A stretch of 64,000 nucleotides of DNA from Antedon mediterranea (taxonomy: Eukaryota; Animalia; Echinodermata): assembly GCF_964355755.1 (NCBI RefSeq), contig NC_092671.1, positions 14,260,001-14,324,000 on the forward strand, given 5' to 3'. Positions 54,041 through 64,000 of this stretch are shown piece after piece. Below the pieces are notes generated by a model. It had not been told where the DNA came from. It was given only the letters and a program-made list of their open reading frames with translations, and ran no database searches. A program made the translations under genes and the position numbers. Position 1 is the first letter of the stretch; every line of letters begins with the position of its first letter.

Positions 54041-54632
54041 ATGTTAACTGCGATGTTAACTGTTTTCACTGCGATCATTTTGTTTACAGGTAAGGCGATC
54101 ACTTTTCATTATTACTGTTATAAGAACGTTTGAACGGAATTCAAAGAATAAATTGTTATGGGAAAATCCAAAATAAGTTGCGGATCATTATAACAAAACT
54201 ATTAATTACTATAAAAACTATAAGATAATAATTTGTCCGAACCATTGCATACAGTATATTGGAATTGCCGCTTTGGATGATGCAATCGTTTATTTAAAAA
54301 AATCTATTCGGGTGAAATAGAACTATGCGTTTTATTGGGCCTTTTTCCACCAATTTCATTTCTTATTTATTAATGTATTATTACTAACAACGACTAAAAT
54401 GGAGTATATAGGCCTAAGTAGAGTAAACAAATTGCTTCAAAAACGAAATTCATACAAAGAATATTGCAATATTTCACTAAAATAGTCCACTAAACTGGTC
54501 TTACTTTTTTCTAGATGGTGCTTTAAAGGAGCAAACATTTACAAACCATGAAGTAGATTGTGTATGTTCCTTTGACCCATGTGTGACCAGCAGTGGAAAA
54601 CAGGTTACTTGCGATAAAGATGCATTTTGTTC
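54041..54632 (+). CDS. First two coding exons (54041-54089, 54515-54632) of a secreted or membrane Cys-rich, EGF-like protein; remainder not found in the window
   Basis: MLTAMLTVFTAIILFT (hydrophobic signal-like) G|gtaagg, phase 1; ttttttctag|AT GGT...: DGALKEQTFTNHEVDCVCSFDPCVTSSGKQVTCDKDAFCS|gtaagt; strong splice sites, in phase. Confidence 0.6.
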
Positions 54633-54734
54633 GTAAGTTTATTATAATTATATACATATTTTGTTGCTAATATAGAGGAGCTTAAAACGCTCTTTCGCTC
54701 ATCCACATTGACTTACTCAACGCATTGTTCTAAA

Positions 54735-54866
54735 AGCTTGGTTTCCACTAGGACGCAACGCAAGGGACGTAGACACAACGCAAGCGAGTTGACAGTTCGA
54801 ATAATCCACCCAAATCACTTGCGTTGCGCATACGTTCTTGCGTTGCGTCCGAATGTGAATCCAGCT
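54735..54866. mobile_element. Palindromic Harbinger-like MITE
   Basis: AGCTTGGTTTCCACTAGGACGCAACGCAAG...CTTGCGTTGCGTCCGAATGTGAATCCAGCT. Confidence 0.65.
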
Positions 54867-55829
54867 TTAAGAACAGCGTGTTAAGCGCTGTATATCGCAC
54901 TCTCCGTTGACGACAGTACATTTAATTTATAACCGGATACATAAGTCACAGTGACAATTTTAAAACCCTTATTATTTGATGAAGACGAATTGCTTCAATC
55001 CTATGTCCATGTTCATGTTTTCTGTTTATTGGAAGCCTTAAGGCAAACTTGACGCGACGATAATTTTGACATTCAGACGTATAATAAAGTAATCGATAAA
55101 TCAATGGAAAAGAGTAAAATAGAATTAAAATGTCCTATTGTTTTGTATCGTTACCATAAACATTGGCCAGCGTGAAATTTAGAATGTTTACCTAAAGAAA
55201 AATGGCCGTGATTTATTTTGTATAATGTATATAGAAAGCTATCATCAAGTTAATGGGGGTGAAACACATCCCTGGTAAAGCTAATTTAAAAATGCATAAA
55301 ACATGACCGTAGTTTGAATAGTAAGATTGTTAAATTGATAACGGCAATTAATATTCTAGGCCTGTCTGCTGCTTGGCTGTCTGTGTACCAAATGACTATC
55401 CGTGGCCTGACATGCCCCTTGATCCGTATTGGTGAGAAGCTATTCAACATCAAATGTTTTATTGAACTCACATTAATGAAAAGAGTAGAAATAATGCTAA
55501 TAATAACTAGCTAATCATGTCTTGTACCGTAATTATCAAGATGAAGAACTTACAAATGAACGATTATTGAAAGAAATTTCAGACATCATACGAGACGCTT
55601 GATAGCGTTATGTATTTACTTAACACAGTTCATATCACACTAATTTATAGTTTATTTTTAAAAAATCACCCGAATTATGAACTGTTTAGAAATCAGGTAC
55701 TGTAATGCGAAAATACTGTAAATTCATATATGTCTATATTTGCGTCTCTTTATGTTGCCACTGGACCAAATGTGCTTATTTTTTTTAATGTTACAAACAT
55801 ATTCACTTTCCAAATGCAATTATTATGTG

Positions 55830-57180
55830 TTATCATCATCTTATAGAGCCATTTATGTCAAAAAATAAAAGGGTCCAAATTTTGCCATTTTTTAAAAATG
55901 TTCCTGTACTATAGTACAGGTTTTTTTTTTCGAAAAATGGGCAAAATATCCACTTTTTAAAATTCAATAATTATGCGATAATATTGCCATATATGCGCAT
56001 ATATTATGGTATCATCATCTAATAGAGCCATAGTAACTATAGTTATGTCAAAAAATAAAAGGTCAACATGTTGTAATTATTCGAAATTTTCGAAAAATGG
56101 CCGATTTTCGACCATTTTATTTTTTGACATAAATGGTTACTATTGCATAATAAACATGCGCAGAGACGAATAATGGGTTCTGCGCATGTCAATTGTGCTA
56201 TAGTAACCAGTTTTGACATAAATGGTTACTATAGCATAATAAACATGCGCAGATGCGAATAATGGGTTCTACGCATGTTAATTGTGCTTTAGTAACCAGT
56301 TTTATCGAAAAATAAAAAGGTCGAAAATTGGCCATTGTTTTGAAAAAAATCTCTGTACTATAGTACAGGGAAATTTCCAAAAAATGGCCGATTTTCGACC
56401 CTTTTATTTTTTGACATAAATGGTTACTATAGCATAAACATGCGCAGAGTCGAATAATAGGCTCTGCGCATATCAATTGTGCTATTTTTCATAATATGGC
56501 TAAAATTTCAAGTTTTTAGAATTCCATTATTGTGCGTTTATATTGCTGTATATGATCATATATTGCTTTATGATCATCTTATAGTTCCATAGAACCCAAT
56601 TATGTCGGAAAATGGCAATTTTTCGAAAAAAATCCCTGTACTATAGTTCAGGGATTTTTTCAAAATATGGCCAAAATTTAAAGTTTTTAAAATTCAATTA
56701 TTGTGCGTTTATATTGCTGTATATGATCATATATTGCTTTATGATCATCTTATAGTACCATAGAACCCAGTTATGTCGAAAAATAAAAATGTCAAAAATT
56801 GGCCATTTTTCGAAAAAATCTCTGCGCAAAGGGTACAGCTCAATCTTTTCACTCGGAACGGTAAAGAACGCAAAAAGAAATGGACAAGAAATGGACAGAG
56901 CCATGTGGGTTCATTAGATAAAGAGGAAACTAGACAATTTGCCAATGGGACCCAAGAATCTAGGAGGTTGTTTTGAATACCGGCATACTAAAAACTGTCA
57001 ATTTTAGGGGTTTATCACATGATCGATGTATTAAATGAATAAAAATATTAAACAATAGAATAATAAGATTTCATTTTTTGTTAAAAGTTGAGAAAGTCGA
57101 CATTTTTTATCCAATTTTCGAAAAATACTATAGTACATGGATTTTGTTTTTTAAACCACGGTAAATTCGACTACAAATGT
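55830..57180. repeat. Complex array of nested palindromes and tandem units
   Basis: Core palindrome CTGTACTATAGTACAG at 55904, 56353 and about 56636 (partial at about 57125), with long inverted arms; repeated tgacataaatggttactat(a/t)gcataa and tatgatcatcttatag units. Confidence 0.8.
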
Positions 57181-58225
57181 TGTATTAATTGTTAGTTCTT
57201 TTAATATGACGAGACGTTTTTTTGTTGTGTTTTTAGGGTGTGAACAAATGTCAATCAAAATTGTATATATATGTTACTATGTAGTCAGATAGGAGAAACG
57301 TCCGAGCGGTTTAATATATAAAGTTATCAGACAAAGATGAACATACAAAAATGCAGTAAAGTTAAAGTAAAACTTAAAACATATCTTAACTATTTAAAAA
57401 ACCCACCCTGACTTCTGATTGGCCAACCATATTCCAAGTAGTTTGATAAGTTAGCCTTTTTCAAAAATTGAGACAAAATGACCGTTAACTTTGTCTGGGG
57501 CTTTTTTTCTAGGCCACATGGTTTCATAGGATATGTGTAACTGTAAGAGGAGTAACTAAAGGTTACTGGATAATAACCTCTATAGTATGAGTTATTATCA
57601 CAATATATTATTAGAATTGGTGGAAGGAATTATTTGATTCACATTAAAATGAATTGTAGTAGAATTGCTCTTGAAATAAATATAACATATTTGAGAATTT
57701 ACACTACTAAGGAAATAGTCTTGACAAGAATATAGAATTCACCATTTAATGTACACTCAACTGCTTTTTTGGTAAGTGCTTGGGACCTTCAAATACAAAG
57801 TGCAATGAATGATATAATGTAAATTATAATGTAATAATTAAAACTGAATGTAATTTATAAAAATTACAAAATAATTTACAACATTAATCATTGCTCTTTG
57901 GATTTGGTACTGGTACTGGTTCAAATAACCGTCTCACAGAGACATCTGGTAGCCATTGACTTAAAGTTGGCATTTGGATGTGTTACTTTTAAATGTAGGC
58001 CTACAGTATGAGAGTGACTACTAGCATTAAAAACTGTTTTTATTATTATTATTATTATTAACTTTACTGCACATTCAGAATACCATTAGATATGGTGGCC
58101 CAATGGCTAAATTGCATAAATACAAATATTTTGTAAAAAGTGAATATAAAATCACAGAACAAAAAAAAATTGAAGATATACGAAACAGTATAAAAACTAT
58201 CCATGGCTACAAAAATCATTGGGAA

Positions 58226-61200
58226 TCATTCTTGCTTTTTTTTCCGCTCTTGACGAAGGCGACGGATGGCAACCATAGCCGATTTCCATTCTTTAAAAGT
58301 CACATCAGATGTTGCAGCACAATACCAATTTCCATAGTACTGAGTGTGGTTCTTATTTAATCTTGGTTGCTTACACTTTGAGCACACAATCGCAGACGTT
58401 CTTGGTTTGTATATTTTGATCGGTTTCCCTTCCGATATGTCTTTAGCCACTCGTTTTCTGTACAGGAGGGTAGTTCTAGGAATACGAGTACTACTAGCCT
58501 CAGAGACTGATGGTGGAGGTTTTGCTATCTCGCCTGGAACTGGGATCGACGGTTTGTTTCCTAGAGTTGCTAGGCCGGAAGTGTTTTTTGGTAGGACAAA
58601 TGTGAAAGATGGAGCGCTTGTATGAACGTTTAGCACCGCTGGCTTGGTTAAAGGTTCAAGTAGGGTTTTATCAGAGATAAGTTTGGGTATTGTTGCTGAG
58701 ATGCCAGATTCCAACACTTGCCGCTCTTGCTTCTTTGATGTTCTGTTGTACCTGTTGAAAATAAATCAAACACAGTATTTAAAAAACTTTAATGTATTTA
58801 CTGTAGTGTAAAATAACATCAATAACAAGTAAAAACTCACCACTGGATGAGTGTCGTCCGATTTATCTCCATCAACTGAAGCTTAGCAAACAACATCAGG
58901 TGTCCATTCGATAGCACTTTCCGACGAATGTTCTTGTAGCCTTTGGTAATGAGCGGCCAGCGCTGGAAACGTTTACCTTCGATAGATACGGTAGATGGAA
59001 ACGCTTCACATAGTTTTGTAATAATGCACTCCATATATTGATTGCAGTGCGGCCACTGAGCTGGCCCGGTGTTCCGACCATCTTTTAAAAAAACCGCAAA
59101 GAAACAAGTTAGATTTAAGACACATCATGCAACAAAGTTAAAAACGCTGGAAACTGCCTTACCGTCAAGTGCTTTCAACACCAGGTATTACGGAAGTAGT
59201 TTTACTTTTCTTGAACCTGCCTTTCGTCAGGTAATCTTGATGCCGTGCTTTGCGCTTAATGGTTTTGTCATAAGCATCCAGGTTGTTCCACAACTTTGCG
59301 ACATGTTCAGCATGACTTTGACTTATCACTCCACTGTCTTCCTTAAACTGCATAAGGTAGTCTGCCAGGGCTTCAACTTTGGCGTAGCCTGGAATGTTGT
59401 CCGGTCCAGTGGAATCCTCAAGTTCCTAAATTGTAAAATATGAAAACAAAATATATAATCAGACTCGTGCATTGTATTTCAAAACAGAAACAAAATTTGT
59501 GAGGTAGAAGCTAATAATACAAATTTAACTCACTGTGTCAAAAAGGGCTGCTTTTCCTTCACCATCATCATCATTATCGTCACGTGAAGGCAAGGGCTCC
59601 AGGTGGGGTGGTGAGGGTTTTTTTATCATTTCGAGGTTTAAAACAACGCTTAGGTGGTTTGTAGTCTGGTTGAGTCTTGTCATCATACCCTTCATCAACA
59701 TCAAAAGTGTAAATTTCTTCATCAAAGTCTTCATCATAAATGGTATCTGTTTTGACAGGAAATTGAGTTTCGAGCACTTTGTTCGACTGGTTGTACAGGT
59801 ACTCCACTCCGATGAGTTCTCCAGTGTACTTGTTTGGAATGATAAAACTTGTGTACACTTTTTTGCCAATCACTTGCTCTGCCAGTATGTTGAAACCATG
59901 CTGATGCAGTCCACTATATGTACTGGAGATGGGTCCTCCAGACTGGGTAGCAGCTAGTGCACGGTTTGCATTCCATCGAACAAGTCAATCCATCAAGTAA
60001 GCTTGGAAATGTAAGTCGCTAGCAAGCTCACCTGAGAAAAAAATAAACATCCATAATAATGAAATAATACAAAAATCTGTTGATAGGTTTGAAGATTTGG
60101 TAGATACCAAATAAAAAGTAATACTGTACCTGGAATAAACCTGTTAAGGTGAAGGTGAAACGATTCCAAAGAAGTGGAGCCTCTTGCTCAACAATATACT
60201 GGCAAAGTAACTCCACCCTTAAGCATCTCACTGGTTTTTGTGTAGAGCGAGATGCCTTCTGGATCCTGGATGCAGGCGATGTGTCGCTCTTGTGAGCTCC
60301 AGATATCCCAGGTCTGTTCAGAGTCTAAGAGTGGGACGCCCATTGTGTCACGGCCTTCTTCACCATCGAGGGAAGTCAGGAGCTCTCGGATTAGGTTGGC
60401 AGTCTCGCGAGACTTGTTGGCGAAGCTGTGATGGACTGTTCCCGAGACCGCGGTACTTTAGAATCTGCAGGACCCGGGTGTCGCAGGCCAAGTGATACGA
60501 AAGTACAACAGGAAACTGAAGGCGATGTGCTAAATCAAGTTGCTTTAAAACGTTTTCACTCCAGCCAATTTGTCTTTGTTTGCAATTAGAGCACCTTAGT
60601 TGCTCTGTTGCAAGAAAGTACTGGCAGTCTAAATCCAGGACCGGACGAACGATTCCATGGAGGCCGCCTGATGTTAGTGGATAGCTCTTGAAATCTGGCC
60701 GAGGGCAGACCAGCTTGATCTGCCAAGTCTTGCGGGGCAACCAAAGAAGAAGACGATGACCGAAGTAACTGTTGGCCATGGGTATGTTTTTGTTGAGCGG
60801 ATCCGGTTGAGGTGGATAATACCAAAGTTGTTTGAGTTTAGTTGAATCCAACTCTGCGGTCCCCTTCTTCGATTTTTTGAATAAGATTTTTGAAATCCAC
60901 TGTTGATCAATCTCGGGCAAGTTCTTCTTCCATTTATCTGGTAAGAGACAATCTGCAAGAAAAACCAAAACAAAATTGTATAATTAATTAAACTACATTA
61001 TGTAATTTTCATTTTCTAGTTTTAAACATCAAAATAATTAAAATTACATGAAATAAACTACCTTCACTCTGTTTGATAGTTATTGTAGTGGATGGCATAG
61101 TACTAACAGGTTCATAGGATGTATTTGGTTGAGCTGTAAGACGGAAAATTAAAGAATATTTAGCAGTAAACTACTTTCATTCGCTATCTACAGTATGCTA

Positions 61201-61938
61201 TAAAGCAATGTATTTAAACAACACGATTTTATGATTGAGTATAAATGAATGCATAAAAAAACCTAAACCCAGCAAACCTACAACATACACAGGCACTAAA
61301 AATGCAAAACCTCAAATTATTAATTTAGAAAATGCACAAAAAACACAAAATATTGAATAAGTCTTACCTGGTGCATATGAGGTTGATGGTTGCAAAGAAG
61401 CATCAAAGACATCAGTACCAGAAAGTGTTTTATCTGTGACATCCTCAACCTTTTGTAACTTAATACCAACAGGTATGTACGATGTCTGTCTAGTTGGGCA
61501 TTTCCTGCGGCATTTTATTTCTTTCATTGCTATGGCTTCTTTGCCTTCTGGGAAAGACTCCAAGTACCTCTTAAAGTTGAATTTGTTAATACTAAGTGAA
61601 CTTGTACTTGGAATTTCATTAGCCATTTTAATTACAAAACATACTGCATATTCCAGTACATTTTCGACCATCCACTTGAATGTTTGTCCACTGTATTTAC
61701 TATGCTGAAACTTGTAGCAGCCCAATACATCACATTCATCTTTGATGTTTCCACCCAGCCTGCACACCTCCTTCAAGGCATCTTGGCGTACATCATCAGG
61801 AGTTAGACACTTGCCAGTTGGTCGTTTTCTCAAGCTGTTAAATACTACAGCAGCAGATGTATCTTCAAGAATTAAGGCACCCTCTTCACTGCGCCGAAAA
61901 GTTGGTCTGAATATACTGTACTTTCTATTGAACACCTG
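58226..61938 (-). pseudogene. Decayed multi-exon DUF6729-type, transposase-like gene (probable DNA transposon relic)
   Basis: Spliced segments LWYYPPQP..YFGHRLLLWLP..CP..LTSGG..VRPVLDLD..LATEQLRC..C..GWS..LKQLDLAHRLQFP; DTMGVPL..HIACIQDP..LPVYC*ARGSTSLESFHLHLNRFIP|GELASDLHFQAYLMD*LVRWN; C-terminal CSKC..HTQYYGNWYC. In-frame TGAs at 60188-60190 and 59985-59987 and a frame break near 60410. Family assignment is from recall. Confidence 0.7.
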
Positions 61939-64000
61939 CAAAACTAAAAAAACTGATCAAAGGCAAAAATATATGTAAGTAAAGTATGTGCTAAAAGAAA
62001 ATGTTACCCGTATAATGCCACTGTGCACCGTAACAAATGGCTGTAAATAAAAGAAAATCAAATCTAAATAAAATAAAATATCTGTGGGTTAAAATTTCTC
62101 AAGTAATAATTAATAGTAGACCAAGACTTTAAATGTAACATATTAATAAAATGAATTACATATAGCATTAAAACATATCTACTAAGAACAAACTATTTTA
62201 TCTAAATTAAATTAAGAAAATATTACATATGAATAATTATGGTTTTTTTTTCAATTAAAAAAACTATATAAAGAATTACAACATAAATTAGAGTAAATTG
62301 AATAATCTTTGTTTATTAAACAGTGTATGTATCAACTCTTTGATCTCTGAGCACTTCCTTTAAAGCTCAGGTACAGGCATGAATTTTAAATATAATATTT
62401 GTTTAATTGTACATAAATCAAATATTTGTAACAGAAATCAAGACGAAAAAACATGAATTTCCCTTAATATGATCAAATAGAAAATTTGGCAACATTCTGC
62501 CATAAAAACCAGGAAGACCTTTTTTCAGTAGTTAGGTAGTTTAACCTAATGTAATAGCATGTCTGGTGACTACCTAGAAGGTGAAAAAAGATGGTGGATA
62601 TACGGTGGATAATTTTTGCTATAGCATAAAAATAAAAATCTGAAGTTGAATAAAAATACAAGAAATGTAAAATTCAAGTTATATTACCTATATTTAGTCA
62701 TCTGATAACATTTTTTACCACACTGTTTATTTTTCATAGCTTTTTAAAATGCCTCTCTATTTACAAAATGTGTGTACAAAAGAATAGAGATTTTACTGTG
62801 TAATTTGAACTATCCCCCCACTGATAAGAAAGTGCTTATTTTCAACAAGCTCATGTAACACAAATAAAATCCCCAAAATTATGAAACATAGGGGAAACTA
62901 TAGATCGATAATTATTGGAATGTATGATCAATAGAAATTTTTTGCCCGCACCTGGCCTTTAATGCAATCAAATTATTTGAGAATCTTATCTAAATCCACA
63001 AATACAGTTGATTGTCTAATTAAACGAATGCTTTAGATCAAAGAGTTGAAGCCTACACTTAATTAAACAATCATTATAATAAAAGTTAAATTGCTTATCT
63101 ATCAATTAGAAGGGTTGACATGTGAACAAGGCTTTACTCTGTTTCCCATGGATGCTATTCTGATACAGCACACATTTAGTTTTTTATAGTTTAAAATTAT
63201 GTTTAGGCCTAAAATCTATTACAGGGTACATAGGCTAGTCTAACTAGTAGTAGGATTGTTAAAATATTAAATAAATTAAACTTTAAAGAATAGATTAATT
63301 ACTTTAAACTAAATTTATTTACTATGGGATGGTTCTACGATAAATACTAATCTAAGCCTAGGCCTAGTCTATCTAACCATGGAGAAATACCACGATCTAA
63401 CTATGTATAGTAGATAACTTTTGAAGAAAAAAAATAACAGGGAGCCCTAAGTAGGTAGCATCTTACTAGGGCCTAGCCCTTGCAGGCCCATGGTTTGACT
63501 TACAATTCATGGCAACCAAAAATGATCTAGGCCTACCTAGGTCTTTCTATCTAGCCTAGGCGGCCTATATAGTAAATACATTAATTAAAGTAAGTGTCGA
63601 GTGACACTACCTATATCTAAACCCTAACTAACCTATAAAGGCATGCGTTATTGTTAATACTTTGTGAAATATATGTAGGCCTACTTGTAATTAGGGGAAG
63701 TAATAATAGCAAATGCATTTTACCCCCACAGAGCAGTAGTAACTTTCTAGATGATACTTCTTACTCTATTGGTATTACAATTTCTAAGCATACTTTTGGA
63801 ATGTTTCTGATTGTTCTTATAATAATTATACATGGTTTCTTAAAATCTAAACACATTCTAGAATGTTCATGTAGATGTTACTGTATATTATGTTAGGAAA
63901 TGGTAATTTATGACGATGTCAAACATCTTCAATACCGAGTGGCAAAGGCGCGCATATAGGCGCTGTATAATATCTAACTTGCCGTTTAACACAATAGCAT

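Noticed and set aside
52920-57180. Repeat arrays as CRISPR-like
   Set aside because: Eukaryotic context, degenerate units, no unique constant-length spacers and no cas genes.
59985-60190. In-frame TGAs as selenocysteine or readthrough
   Set aside because: The second TGA appears to replace a Gly codon, there is also a frame break, and no SECIS was seen; ordinary decay is simpler.

Overview
AT-rich, intron-rich animal genomic DNA, probably a marine invertebrate; an invertebrate deuterostome such as an echinoderm is my inference and is not provable from this window. I reconstructed spliced genes by hand, and most ORF-track entries are spurious or exon fragments. Gene order: retinoic acid receptor (RAR/NR1B, +, about 9.8-26.3 kb); CCDC103/DNAAF19 (-) head-to-head with DNA2 nuclease-helicase (+); CNTD1 (-) head-to-head with an intronless-CDS RING/B-box/coiled-coil/NHL TRIM gene (+); the first two exons of an unannotated secreted Cys-rich/EGF-like gene (+); and a decayed, spliced, transposase-like gene (-). 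Introns carry many non-autonomous elements (pogo-like and Harbinger-like MITEs, a Helitron2-like element, Meta/MESC-type SINEs, a Crypton-like palindrome, LINE and Penelope fragments). The most interesting signals are in RAR: a perfect DR5 retinoic acid response element about 200 bp upstream of a 7-nt first coding segment (RARbeta2-like autoregulatory promoter), a second perfect DR5 carried inside an intronic MITE, an extra symmetric 114-nt exon in the H1-H3 loop, a duplicated splice acceptor that would truncate the ligand-binding domain, and non-vertebrate pocket residues. All regulatory interpretations are untested hypotheses.
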